Translations under genes and position numbers: made by a program
Part shown: one piece after another, positions 12,991 to 26,193 of the stretch
Position numbering within the stretch: position 1 is the first letter of the stretch
How the letters are laid out: each line of letters opens with the position of its first letter
The notes under the pieces: model-generated
Database searches by the model: none
What the model saw: the letters and a program-made list of their open reading frames with translations, nothing else
What the model was told of the DNA's origin: nothing
DNA from: Felis catus
Lineage: Eukaryota
Assembly (NCBI RefSeq): GCF_018350175.1
Contig: NC_058382.1
Coordinates: 59,646,001 to 59,710,000 of the forward strand
Direction of reading: 5' to 3'
Length of the DNA stretch: 64,000 nt

Positions 12991-13239
12991 GGTGCACCTG
13001 GGTGGCTCAGTTGTTTTAAGCATCCAACTTTGGCTTAGGTCATGATCTCACAGTTCATGGGTTCGAGCCCCATGGTGGGCTCTGTGCTGACAGCTTGGAG
13101 CCTGGAGCCGGCTTCAGATTCTGTGGCCTCCCTCTCTCTCTCTCTGCCCCTTCCCCGCTCACACTCACTTGCTCTCTCTCTCTCTCTCAAAAATAAACAT
13201 CGAGAAGAGAAGAGAAAGAGAGAAAAAGAGAGAGAGAGG

Positions 13240-13282
<43 letters not shown>

Positions 13283-13359
13283 AGGGAGGGAGGGAGGGAG
13301 GGAGGGAGGGAGGGAGGGAGGGAGGGAGGAAGGAAGGAAGGAAGGAAGGAAGGAAGGAA

Positions 13360-13433
<74 letters not shown>

Positions 13434-13456
13434 GAACAAGAAAGAAAAAAAGAAAG
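12991..13456 (+). mobile_element. Can-SINE with its tail expanded into a compound purine microsatellite
   Basis: Head ggtgcacctgggtggctcag; TSD AAAGA(C/T)CATCCTT at 12978-12990 and 13457-13469. Confidence 0.9.
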
Positions 13457-13460
13457 AAAG
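13203..13460 (+). repeat. Compound microsatellite (GA)n(GGGA)n(GGAA)n(GAAA)n
   Basis: Seen directly; almost pure purine for about 260 bp. Confidence 0.97.
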
Positions 13461-15838
13461 ATCATCCTTTCTTCACTAACAGCCTGCCTGCCAATTGGCC
13501 GTTTACTTGTGAGTCTAACCATGGACTCAGAGCTGAGGACGCCCCCCCCACCTTGTGGTGACCCCCCAAACCGGCGCCCCTGGGGTCTAGTAGCAAGTCC
13601 TAAAGTCAGGAGTGTGCGGCTTCCAACCGTCTTCTTTTCAAAATTGCCTGGACTACACTACTGTTCTCTCGATACACACTTGAGGGCTGGCTTGTTGATT
13701 TCTAAAACGGAAAAATCCACTGGGGCTTATTTGGGGGGGGGGGGGGAGGGTCGTTCCAGATGATAGAAGGGTAAGCCAAGGCAGGCTCACTGCTGTCCCC
13801 AGGCCACCCACACGCTGTTAGCAGGGTTCCCAGTTATATGCCCAACTGTACGCAGCCCCCAGGTGGCCTCACTTCCTTGCGGGACAGGAGTCCCCAAGCT
13901 GACGCATAAATGGCAGCCATCAGCGGCACCCCTCTAAGCCCAGCACAGAACAAGCACACAGTTTAAGCTGCACAAAGTGTTTTGTAAATAATATTTTTTT
14001 CATGGTGACTATGTCCTTCCTTTGTGCCTTCAAAGACAGTTTGGGCTGTGAAGTCCTTAAGGATATCAAGTCAGCACCCCCAAAGAAAAACCAGTTTGGA
14101 CTTCCGGGTTACTGGAGGATTATCACTTTCCCAAACACAAGAATACTTTCACCAGTTCTCACATCAGGAGGAGGGAGCTCTTCAGAAACCGAAGCTTCTG
14201 CGTTAAGTGCTAAAACACTTCAGCTTACCCACTGGGATAGAAACGTCTTCAACTACACACCTCACCCGTGTGACGGCATCCACACCGGCCGACGCTCCCA
14301 GGTCCGGTGCCGCCAGCTCGGAGCTGCCCGTGGCCACAAGGCCGGGGCTCCAGGCTCCTCTCGGAGTCGTGCAGCTCACCTGCAGGGGACTCAGGGCACT
14401 GCGTCCCCATTCTTGCCAGCCCGCTGCCTCCCTACCCCTGACCATCACTCCCTCCTCCAAGGAGCCACAAGAGGCTAAGTGTGTATTTCACCAAAGCTCG
14501 TGTCTTCAGAGAGAAGGTGTGGGCATCGTGTCGGACGCAGTAACCACACCTCCCACAAGCCCAGGTCGTGGGCCCAAGGACGGGGGCAGATCGAAGCCTA
14601 GCATGACTAGATGGGCTGAGTGGGGCCCCCTAGCCCAGAACGGCTCCACCCCATGGAGGCGGGGGACCCCTAGGGGAGAGATGGCAGAGAGGCGCAGAGC
14701 ACGAGGGACAGGAAACGTGCTCAGGGTCCCAGGGACCTGCTAAGTCCCGCCCCTTTGAGGCCTTAAAGATTTCAGGATTCCAAGGTTCTCCCGTTGCTGA
14801 GACGTGGGTGCCAGTCCCAAGTTTTGACAACCTCCAAAACCTTAGGCAAGTCTTTCCCGTATATTCGAAGACACATGCATAGCAGAACAGGAACAACGGA
14901 TCCCCATAATGCAGTGTATCTCCCAAATCAAACGAAGATTTTATTCTTTTAGTGGTAAAAGTATTTCAAGTATTTCAGTGTAGCTGCTGAAAAATTAGTG
15001 AACCACACACACAGCATGCGTACTAGATACTAACCAGAAGCTTTGATTCCTGAGAACACTCCCCACAAGGATGCAGGAAGCAGGTTTCCTTGTCAATCAG
15101 TATTCAGGCACATGGTCAAAGGAGAACCTCACACAACATGGCGGGTAAGAAACAGAACCGTGGGGACACGGCCACCAGAATACATTTCCCAGCCTTTTCT
15201 GCAGCTAAGTGGGACCAAGAAACTCAGTTTGGGTCAACAAAACAGAAACAGAAGTACCTGTGGCTGCTTTAGGAATGTTCCTTAAAAGAAAGAGAAAAGT
15301 AAACTTTCCCTTCCTCTTCTTGCTACCTGGAATGAAAATGTGACGACTGGAGCCCTGGCTGCCACGCTGGACCGTGAGGCTCGGGGTTGCACCCCAGGGG
15401 ATCAAAGCAGTCGGCTGGGAGAGCCCAGGCCCCGAAGGACCTCCCCAGCTTGCCTCCTGGCACACTCTGAGGCCACCGAACCACCGTTACTGTGTGCCTC
15501 CAATCCTAATACACAGCGTGTCTCAATTTTCACACGGAGTCTCTGCTTCAGCCAACTCTGGTGAGCAGCCAGCAGCAGCTGAGCACAGCAGTCCAGACGA
15601 CGCTTAGCGCTCGGGCTGCCGAGGCCCGGTTGTGGGGGGAACAGCCGCACGGGCTGGAGACGGCCCGCCCGCGGCCCACGCCTGGCTTTCTGCCCCCCCA
15701 CGGCATTGGCACGGTGCTTGGCTATAAGGCCCATCTTCCCTCTAGATAAATCAAAGTATCTGATCACGGCAAAGGTTTTCATCCTATCCCTCAGAGAAGA
15801 AAAGGGGAAAAAAAACAAAACGAAACATGACATCTTAC

Positions 15839-15912
15839 CTCAAAGGAACATTCAACATTTCTTTCATTTTTTGTGTGTGACAATCCCTTCAGGTCTATCT
15901 TTTCAACACTCA
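15839..15912 (-). CDS. ZCCHC14: ZCCHC14 coding exon 3 (VSVEKIDLKGLSHTKNERNVECSFE)
   Basis: Acceptor ttttacag|TG and donor GAG|GTAAGA; 74 nt; phase 1 to 0. Absent from the ORF track; found by reading the sequence. Confidence 0.95.
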
Positions 15913-16606
15913 CTGTAAAAGCAAAAAACAACAACAACAACAACAGACAAAATTATAAAAATGAAATAACACTTGAAGTACATATTAGTTAGCATTTGGT
16001 ATTTCAGTAATTTTCAAAATGAGGCTTTTGAGGCCAGCGCAGTCCACTCTCCTCTGCGGCGTGCTCGCCTGGGAAGAGGAGCTGAAGAGGGGGGCAGAGC
16101 AGTCGCACGCAAGAATAGCGGTGAGTTGAAAAGCAAAACAGAAAAAAACAGGCAAAAATTCAAATCCTAGAAAAGGAAGAGAACGGTACTTGCAAAGAGA
16201 ATGTAAGTTGACTTGAACGCACAAGAGCACAGCCTCTAATTATGACTAAGGACCAGTTCCGATCTGTTCTGATTTCTGAAAAACTAATGCGCCTTGTTTT
16301 CGGCTGTGATTGTCTCAGACACCAGTGCCCAGACAGTCCCATCTGGGTCGCTTCATCAACAGATACGGATATCCTTCTGGGACAGGGCCAGGCCGGAGGG
16401 GTTCAAGGCAGCGGTTACGGAGGAAGTGACAAAGGTTCCTAGCCTCAGAAGACCAGAGAGGGCCTGTCCGAGGCCGCAGCCACACAGACGGACAGTGGCA
16501 GAGGAGAGACAGAAGCACCGTGAGAACTTCCTGCAGACATCAGTCCCGCCCCTCCCTGCCACTTACAGGGGTGCCTTCTCCTTCCCCTCAAAACTAAATT
16601 GGTACA

Positions 16607-16836
16607 GGGGCACCTGGGTGGCTCAGTCGGTTAAGCGTCTGACTTCGGCTCAGGTCATGATCTCGCCATCCCCGAGTTTAATCCCCGCATCGGGCTCTGT
16701 GCTGACAGCTCGGAGCCTGGAGCCTGCTTCGGATTCTGTGTGTCCCTCTCTGCCCCTCCCCTCCACTCACGCTCAATCTCTCTCCCTCTCTCAAAAATGA
16801 ATAAACATTAAGAAAGAAAAACTTAAAAACATTTTA
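16607..16836 (+). mobile_element. Can-SINE
   Basis: Head ggggcacctgggtggctcagtcggttaagcgtc, (CT)n and A-tail; flanking direct repeat ...TGGTACA. Confidence 0.92.
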
Positions 16837-17422
16837 AAATGGTACAATCAGGTTCCCAGCACTTAAGCTTAAGTTTGAAGATGCAAATTAAGTTTGTAAA
16901 ATGCAAATATCTGAGCACAAATACGTGTTGAAGATAAAACAGGCATTTACAAACACGATGCAGTTTGCAAACTCCCAAACCACACGAAGGGCCGTAAGTC
17001 CTATTTCCGATTCAAATAGCAAAGTTCCTCAAGTGCTCCTGTAACTGCTTCCTCCAGTGTATGTTTCTTGCAGATGGGGACAGTCTAGTCATCCACCCTG
17101 TGGCCAGTCAGGCAAGACCGTGACGGATACAGAGGTTCAACACGTGCGGGTCATACACCCCTTCCCCCATTTCACTGCTCGCTATTCCTAGACATGCCTT
17201 GGCAGTGGACTATGGGGATCTCTACAGAGCTTTAAAACCTCGCTGTGCAACATAAAACACTTGACGTCAACTTCTGAAACGATTACGCTCCACGTCCTGC
17301 GGACGCCCAATGTCCCGGACTGCCACACGAACAGTCTTCCAACGTCTTCTCGAAGAACATCAGTGCCCGAAGGTGTTCACGGGCATGCCCAGAAAGCTTC
17401 ACAGTCAAAGAGCCTGGAGGAA

Positions 17423-17805
17423 GGGGCGCCGTGGTGGCTCAGTTAAGGGTCCGACTCTTGCCTTCGGCTCAGGTCATGATCTCTGCGCAGAGTGCAGAGT
17501 CTACTTGGGATTCCCCCTCCCTCTCTCTCTCTCTTTCTCTCTCTCTCTCCCCCTCCCTCCCTTTGCCATCCTCTTTCTCTCAAAATAAATAAATACGGGG
17601 CGCCTGGGTGGCTCAGTCGGTTAAGTGGCCAACTTCAGCTCAGGTCATGATCTCACAGTCTGTGAGTTCGAGCCCCATGTCCGGCTCTGTGCTGACAGCT
17701 CAGAGCCTGGAGTCTGCTTCAGATTCTGTGTCCCCCTCTCTCTCTGCCCTTCCCCTGCTCATGCTCTGTCTCTCTCTGTCTCAAAAATAAATAAAAACAT
17801 TAAAA

Positions 17806-17844
<39 letters not shown>

Positions 17845-17866
17845 ATACACATTAAAAAAAAAAAAA
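17423..17866 (+). mobile_element. Two nested Can-SINEs (second copy at 17597 inserted into the A-tail of the first); (TAAA)n tail
   Basis: Two heads; inner TSD AAATAAATAAATAC; outer TSD AGC(C/T)TGGAGGA. Confidence 0.9.
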
Positions 17867-18069
17867 GCTTGGAGGAGAAAAATTCGAGAAACTGTCCGTG
17901 TACATAAGCACATCAAAGGCTCTGAGCAGTCCTGCAATGAATAAATCAGTTCTTATTAACAATTCCCCAGTTTTTTGGGCCACAGAACTCTTTCTTCCCT
18001 TACTATGAACAGACCTCCCAGAGAACAACAAACTGCTCTGTGCAACTTGCTCTGGGGAGGGTTCTAACC

Positions 18070-18280
18070 CCTGCGGTGCCCGATGCTGTTGCCACTAACC
18101 ACATGTGACCACTTAAATTTGTATTAATTACAACGGAATAAAATTAAAAATCCAATTCTTCGGTCGCACTAATCACATTCTAAGTGCTCAACAGCCAGAT
18201 GTGGCCAGTGGCTGCCATACCGTACGGCAGAGACACAGAACATTCGGTCACCGTTGAGGGTTCTAGTGGGTAACGCTGTT
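18070..18280. mobile_element. MER3/MER33-like hAT-Charlie fossil
   Basis: Motif gcactaatcacattctaagtgctcaacagccagatgtggccagtggc. Confidence 0.7.
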
Positions 18281-18285
18281 CTGAG

Positions 18286-18491
18286 CAGGGCTGGCGGACT
18301 AGAGGCTGCCCCCGGCCTGTCTATGTAAATGGCTCTGCCGGCACACAGCCATGCCATTTGTTTACACATCGTCGGTGGCTGCTTTCCACCCCACGACAGC
18401 AGAGCCCAGTAGTTGCGCCAGAAACCCTATGCTTCCTAAAGCCAAAAATATTTACTATCTGGATCTGAGCAGAAAAAATGTGCGATCCTTG
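18286..18491. mobile_element. MER58A-like hAT-Charlie fossil
   Basis: Motifs cacagccatgccatttgtttacacat and aagccaaaaatatttactatctgg. Confidence 0.75.
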
Positions 18492-20783
18492 CTCTAAAAC
18501 CAACAATTGTTCATTCACCAACATGTCCCGTCAGGTTCCTGCTGTGCGCAAGGTCAAACTCCAGGGGCTGGGCACAGAGCAGAAAACACAAGAGGCGGGT
18601 CCCTGCACTCCAAGGTTATGGGCTGTTGCTGGAAAGACCTTTCACTTGCTGAGGTGTTCTCTCCTAGGCCTCCCTCACTTTGTAAAGTTGCATCAGGGTC
18701 GATATGCACCTTGGGAGATTCTAGAACCTATTCGGTTTGGAGTATTTTAAGCTTAAAATAGCACCTTACAGGAAGGAATTACTCTAAAAAAAAAACCCAA
18801 AAAACAAAAAAGCGTTTATTTCCTTTCTGGCAAAACAAAGAAAACACATTTTGAGGTTGCACACCTCCTTATTTTCACTCAGTGAAATCGCATGCTGTTC
18901 CTGTCTGGCTTCCTCAGTCAGAACGTCAGCAAATAAACAGCTTTTCTGTTTCCCCGATCAGTATTTTTTAAAACTTACCCACATGACATCACTCTTACCC
19001 AGAACTTCCCCCTTTTCAAACAAGAGAACATATGAAGTCAATGAACACAGAAAAATGCAGTCAGCATTCTCCCTGGCCACAGGACAGCAACGTGCACCTA
19101 AATGTTCCAGGATTTAATATTTGGATTTATGCAAAAAAGTAAAAAGAGAAAACCCCATCTGGCCTGAAAGCGGAAGTGACTCATATCTGGACAGGACAAT
19201 GTGAAAAGCAGATGGACGTTATTCAGCTGTTCGCAAATAACAGAGGCTTCTGGAACTCCGGGGCTGCAGGCTGGGAGGCGGGAGCAAGCGCCCCGGGCCG
19301 GCGCCACCAACCCACCTGCGGGCAGCCCAGCTCTGCTCCCGGAATCCGCCTGCGGTGGGATTCTCCCTGAGAAGGCACCTGCAGCCACGCGGGGCCTTGC
19401 GGCAGGCGTGGGGGCGAAGGTGGCTGATGTGGGGCGGGGGTAGGGGACGTTTAATTAGGCTTCAAAGATGGCTAAACATGCTGTCAATTTTGGAGCTCAG
19501 ATTAAAGACCATGATCACAAAAATGAAAACACGAACAGACACTTGTCAAATTAACTAAGAGTTCACAAACTGCACGTGTAACGTGGCTTTAGCTGTTTAA
19601 AATGTAGAAGAAAGACTAAGTTACCGAAACTGACAGGGACTGTTGTGCTTGGTGGTGGAATGAGGAGTTTGTCCTCAATCTCGTGATTTTAGAAGGTACT
19701 CACTCCCACATACACACAAACATCTAGTCATGATCCGCTGCTCGACTGGTAAAGTGACCCCGTCCCTCGCGCCTCCCCGGTCAGTCCCGCAGACGGTCAT
19801 CTGCCAGGCAGATGGGAAGTCTCACGACCTTCTGAAGAGTGCAAGCAAACGTGGCTAAATCTCCGGGGCTAGAGGTCAACCCGCCACGAGGGGGTGGGAT
19901 CTGCACCGCCCACAAAGACGCCGAGACTGCAAGGCCGAGGCCACAGGAGCACTCAAGAGGTGGACGGGGCTTCGGAGAAACGGGCTGGGGTCCGGACGGC
20001 ACACAGGCGTGCCCGCAGAGGACCCGTGGGGCCAGGGCAAGGGCACCCGAGTCTAGACCAGCCTGCTCGCTCACAATGAGCTGAGAAAGCACAGGCAGAT
20101 GTGCGTGCTCCTAAAATTCTGTTTGTTCTAACTTTCCTTCTTTTCTCACTCAAGACGTACATGAGGAATCCTCGGTCAGTCCTGCAAGTCAGACCACAAG
20201 GCGGCCTTCGGCCTTCGATAAAACACCTACTTGCACTGAACTACCACTTTTGTAACTGGATCGATACCTAATTTCAAAACCCGATACACTCAAGTAACTG
20301 GAAAAGGCGGGAGGGAGCTCGCATGGAAGAGAACAAGGGCACCGCCGCCCCCCCAGGCACGGGCTCCAGCGTCCCGAGGCAGGACTGGGCATCTGGATGA
20401 GGGCGGGGCTGGCAAAAAGTCACAGACGGCCCAGACTGAGCCAGACCCAAAGGCCTCGCAGCCGGCAGCCACAAAGCCAGGACCAGGAACACACTGTCTC
20501 GATGGCAGCCCTGGGGGCTCCTGGTTAAAGCTGCCACGCTCGAAGGGCCACCTTTGCTGCCAAGCATCTTCAGGTGATTTTCGAGCACTGTCACATCATA
20601 CTTATAAATCAGACAACTAGAGATAACGGCTTTAGTGTGTTCCAAGAATGAGTCGCTCTTGTGAAACTTTCCCTCTTTCGACCCTCAACTTTCCTGGAAA
20701 AAAGTGGGTAGTTGGAACTTTTCGGCCATAGATCTTTTACTTGATTTCAAGGTATCTTTGGTCAAACAGTTTAATTTCTTTCA

Positions 20784-20984
20784 TTTTTTTTTTTTAATGT
20801 TTATTTTCTAGAGAAAGAGAGCAAGTGGGGGAGGGGCAGAGGTGGGGAGGGCAGAGGATCCAAAGCGGACTCTGCACTGAAAGCAGATAGTCCGATGAGG
20901 AGCTCGGAGCTCGAACTCGTGGACCGTGAGATCATGACCTGAGGCAAAGTCGGATGCTCCACTGACTGAGCCACCCCGGCCCCC
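20784..20984 (-). mobile_element. Can-SINE
   Basis: Perfect 15-bp TSD AACAGTTTAATTTCT (20765-20779, 20986-21000). Confidence 0.9.
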
Positions 20985-23900
20985 TAACAGTTTAATTTCT
21001 ACATGTTCCACACGGGAAACCCCTTCACAACTTACCCAAACTATGCCACGAGCAACTACAGTCAGGAAAGCATCATTTATGACTGTGGGAAAAGATGAAA
21101 AATCACCCTCCCCCCCGACCCCTCACAAACATCCCCTTTTGAGTCCTATACAACGGACCCCACGGCTTCCCACTTAAAAAAAACAGAACCAGAATAACAT
21201 TTAAGATGCATCCCGCTGAAATTTTTATCACTGGAATTTAGTTTTTCACTTGAAAACTGACAAACTGTATTCTTCAAAGCCTCAGCTGAATAACAATGTT
21301 CCTCAAATATCGACTTTCTCCCTTCTGTTTGGTTGTCTGCGTTAATGGGGATCATTTTTAGAAGCACTTCTCTGGCTGTTGTTAAAACCTTAGCATTCAC
21401 TACTATGTTGATTAAACTGAGCCTCCTTTCTGACATCTTTTCTAGGACATATCATGTTATAGTTAAAAACTCCATAATTTGTTTTTCTTTTTCTTTTTTT
21501 TTTTTTTTATCATCTTAGCTACCTTGTATTAAATTTGTTAGGTCTCCAGAAACAGAAATAAAAACAAGAGTGATGCATGGCATGATCTAAAAAATGTAAA
21601 GCTGATAAAAGAGATTTCTCAAGTAGCAAAAATAGGAAGTAAACATGCACATATTCCATTTCAATGGTTAGTGATATGGCACTTGATCTAAGGGCCCGAG
21701 GAATTTCACTTATTTGTATATTAAGGCAAACATTCTATTCAGCCTTAGTATGTACCAGGCACAGCACTAACCACGAGTGACATAAACATTACAAAGTTCA
21801 AAGCAGTAATGTCTGAGCTGGACTTCAAAGGGAGGAGCCCATCTGGGCAGAGGGACAGAATGACCAAGGTCCAGGAAGGACAGAGAATGGCGTCTGCACA
21901 AGTTTGCTCGTGGCTGGAGCCAGGAACTCAGAGGAGTGATGAGACCAGAGCAGGGACATGAGTAAACGTCACAGGGAGACACAGGCACAGACAAGGCAAG
22001 CCCACAAGCCCCAAGACAGGCCTCCTCCAGGCAGGTCAAGGTAAGCCCATGGGATCTGCTGCCACATGGGCTCAGTCTGAAACGTCTCTTTCCAGCTCAG
22101 AGACCTTGGGCAGATACTCAATCCCTGAACGAAAGGAACACCTATTCCCATTTCACGGGACTGTGATATCAACTAGGTGCACACATTTTGAGGATGGCGC
22201 CTGACGGTCAATGCTGTGATAGCAGCTGCCACCGTGCATGCCATGACATGCTTCCTAAATGGGAGGACTGTGGCCCAGACACAGAGCAGGTCCCTGCTCG
22301 GGGATGGACTAGGCAGGAGAACCCACAGGCAGCAGAGGGGATGGTGGCCACAGTGACAGGAAGAAGACTCCATGATGGCCCCCTGGGGCCACGCCAGGGC
22401 TGTGAGGCCGAGCCCCTCGTGCGGAACAGGGACGCCTGAAGGTCAGCACCAATCACGTCTGCGGGAAACTCATCGCAGGGGTGGCAATGGAAGTGACGGG
22501 TCCGTCTGGGCACATGGGTAGAGGCACCAGCAGGCCACCTTGGGGAAAATATTCACAGGGATCTGGGGTCCCGAGCAAGGGTCTCAGCTGAACTCTCAGA
22601 TCTGAAAGTCATCAACAGATCAACAGAAGAGGCTCAGACAGAGCGGGAATGGGCGACAGAGGGGCCTGGGCCGCGCCGGCCTCTCAGGAGTGGATGAGGA
22701 GAAATTTGAAAGGAAACAAACACAGATAAGAGGAGGAGTGGGAAGCGTGTTACCGGGAGACCCATGGAGCACGCACACCAACACTTTTGTGTGCATGATG
22801 GTCCACCACTTAAAAATGGAAAGAAACCAGGGGAGGACAGAGCTGGGGGGTCAGATACCAAGAGAAGAGCTGACCTGTTGTCACCTCTCACGAGCGCAGC
22901 TTCAGAGAGGGGGTTGCTCAGAAGGTCACAGAGAATCCCCTGCTCTTCCTGAAGCAGGGCTGGGGGCATGTGGTGAGCGTGCGTGCACAGGACACACACA
23001 ACCACAGCCCGCGGGACATGTCGGGGGGCTAAGTGGCGTCCTGGAAAATGGCTCACAGCTGGCTGGGGGACAGCCCCTCACTCGTAGCAAGTTCTGACGT
23101 CACCACGGCTGACTTCATGCCATCAACAGGACATCGAGAGACTAAACAACGGCCTACACTTTGAACAACTGATACAGGCCAGCACGAGTGGCTTCGGTAC
23201 TGAGCACGCTGCAAACACCACTGAGCACACCGCAAGGTTCGCACGCCCCCCCCCTCCCCCCCCCGTGAAGTGGGTCAATAGTAACTCAAGGTAAGGGCTG
23301 AAAAGGTAAAGATGTCCACTGTCATCCCTGTAGCTTCTCTCTATGGGGACTCAGACAGCTGAGCCCTGTTGTCTTAAGGAAGCCACTTGGGATGGATCAG
23401 CTTGACTCCTACGTCTCCAAGTCAGACTTTCTTTAGGGGATGAGAAACAGCCACCCGGATAACTCTGTTCTGTGGTTCAAGTGAGAATCATTGGCTGAGG
23501 AATGTAAGCAACCAATTTTCCAAAAATAATTAACAACGCGAGAAAGCACAGCGAAAGAGTCAAAAGAACAGCTTACTTGGAAATGCACCAAACAATGCCA
23601 TGTCTTAAAAAGAAATGCAATGTCCTCGTGGGTGGGGAGATGGGCAGATAAGGGAGGCAGCAGGTAAAATGAAATCGTAGAATCTGGATTGTAAGTACTT
23701 GCTGTAAAATTCTCAACTTCATTGGATGTTTCAAAGTCTTAATAAAATGTTGAAAAGAGTCAACAGAGAAATTAAAATGATCAAAACGCCTCAGCTCCAA
23801 AAGCACCTTTGAGTCCCCAGTGCAGCCCCAAAACAGTAACCTACTACTGGTGTTTTCGAATTTGGGTTTTAGTATCACGCTGCTTATTAGAATTCCTGCT

Positions 23901-25463
23901 CTAATTCTCTGCGGCGGGTTTTGTGTCGCCAAAAGGATGAGACTTTTGGAGTTCAAATTTTACGTTTGCTTCCGTCATAATGTTGCTACGGGACAAACAC
24001 AAAATCCTCAGGGGCACCCAACACAAAGCAGCTATTTAAGTAAAAAAAAAAAATAACAGTAATTTAAAAAATCCCAGTTTTAACTCATAATATGATAAAT
24101 ACCTATATGTATAGACTACGTAAACAAAAACTCTTTGGAATCCTTAAGTTTAAGAATGCAAAGGGGTCTTGAGACCAGGTTTTAGAACCTCTGGCAAATG
24201 GCCTGCAGTGTAATTAAGTTTACTGTGATGTTCAGCCTCATACAAGGATAATTTTTTAAAATAATTATTCCAACCAAGAGAACCAAGTTACAGGACTTCT
24301 TTCACCGAGAGTATCATTGAAAGTAATTCCAATCTCACCTTGTACTTTAGAACTGTCTCCCTAAGTCTCGGTAACAATGAACCGCGATGTGTGGGTTTGG
24401 GGGAAACGCATGGCAGCCCCGAGCAATTCAAGGCCCCATCAGGAACACGTGGCCCACTACCCACTGCTGAAGCCACATGTGCAAACTGCTGTCCTGTGCT
24501 CCCTACCCCGGTACTTGAAGGTCTTCACGATACGGGGCACGGGGAAAAAGGACACGATCACTCTCAACACCAACTTTGCAGACCACCACCCTGAACACAA
24601 TCTGGGGACCGCAGTCAGTTTCCAGCTGCCTCTGAACTTTCATACAAAACAGACGTGAAAGTCTGACCTCTTTAATCGCTAGGGACTTCCAAGGAAGTAG
24701 AGAAAAGTCAAAACACAAGTAGAATGCAGAAAAGACAGCGAGACAACCCTACAGTAACAACACACTGACTTCGGGTTTTGCCAGGAGCGTCACAAGAAGT
24801 GTGACTGTGAAAACCAACCTCACTGTCCCCCAATTTCTGGGCAGAAGAAACATATTACGTAGGACCCCCGAATGGAGAATGCAGCGGACAGCCAAGGAGG
24901 CCTGGCTTACATGCTTCACTCCGCCAACGCTAACACCCGCTCATCCGTGGGCTCTCGGTGCGCCACAGCACGCGGACAAGGGAAGGCCAGGGAGCACAGA
25001 TCTTCCAATTATATTTAAAAAACAGGAATGAGGGGTCTTGATATTTATGCCTCAAGGAAAAAGCACAATGGGAAAGAAGAAGCCATCCCTCTGTATTGGG
25101 ACGGTGCAGGGCACAGGGCCACGCTGGACAGCGGAGGGACAAAGGAAACACCACCTCATCGGAAGGCACTTCTCCCAGGACGACACGTACAAGGAAAAAG
25201 GATGAGAGCAGTTCTGGAGGGAAAAGTCCTTACAACTGAGTGACAGCTATCCACCCTGGAGGCAAGGCCCTGCTGCGTCTTCAGAACAACAGCCTCATCC
25301 AGGAGCGGACCGTGCTCCCAGGGCTGCTATGAGGACGCGCTGCTTTAACACCTGAACCTATCTACGCACGTAAACGTGGCAGAGCAGTTAGGACGTGCCT
25401 ATTTCTGGCACGCATGACCTAAGTTAGGGATGGGTGGCTCTTGTGATTTGGTCAGAATGGGGC

Positions 25464-25681
25464 TTTATTTTATTTTTTTGTTAAAAAAATTTTTTTAACG
25501 TTTATTTCGCGAGAGAGAACGCATGAGCAGGGTAGGGTCAGAGAGAGAGGGAGACAGAGAATCCTAAGCAGGCTCCGTGCTGTCAGCGCAAAGCCTGACG
25601 CGGGACTTGAACTCAAGAACCGTTAAATCGTAACCTCACCATAAAGTCGCAGCGTCAACCGACTGGGCCACCCAGGCGCCC
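25464..25681 (-). mobile_element. Can-SINE
   Basis: Reverse-strand consensus ending ...gccacccaggcgccc. Confidence 0.88.
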
Positions 25682-25715
25682 TTGAGGGTTTTATTTTAAA
25701 AACAAAGTATTTATT

Positions 25716-25917
25716 GGGGTACCTGGGTGGCCCAGTTGGTTAAATGTCCAACTCGTGATTTCGGCTCCAGTCACGATCTCCCAATTCGTGGGTTCAAGCC
25801 CCACATGGGGCTCTGTGCTGATAGTGCAGAGCCTGCTTGGGATTCTCTGTCCCCCTCTCTCTGTCCCTCCCCCTTCTGAAAATAAATAAACATTTAAAAA
25901 AAACAAAACAAAAAAAC
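25716..25917 (+). mobile_element. Can-SINE
   Basis: Head ggggtacctgggtggcccagttggttaa and A-rich tail. Confidence 0.88.
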
Positions 25918-26193
25918 CCGATTTATTAAACATCCGTGAGGAACACTGTGCCTGAGATACAAACAAAAGGGGAAAAAGGCGAGTGAGGGAAGCAGCGGGT
26001 GGCCTTAAGTGTCCTGGGCCTCTTCATCACAAGTCCCCGTCCTACACATCACCTCACTCGCCTCCTGTAAGTCCCCACACCGCCACTCAGCCTGCCAAAT
26101 GTATAGTAAGTGCAACTCTGGGACTGTCCAGCTGGTGCAGGAACCAAGGACACTCAGCTTCGTCTGAGACGTGCCCTCTGTCCTCTCCAGAAT

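Larger units (their letters stand above)
11615..13730 (-). mobile_element. Old L1M 3'-end fragment interrupted by two SINEs
   Basis: Typical reverse-strand L1M motifs (gctgtcgtgaacgttcttgtacaa, tttttattgggttgttttctt, tttgctgaaaagaccatcctt). Confidence 0.65.

Noticed and set aside
13035..13561. ORFs rich in ERER/GREG/KERK or SFFL
   Set aside because: Translations of the SINE-tail microsatellite.
16607..16700. tRNA-like A/B-box sequences (here and at other SINE heads) as tRNA genes
   Set aside because: Each continues into a Can-SINE body, (CT)n and A-tail; they are SINE heads.
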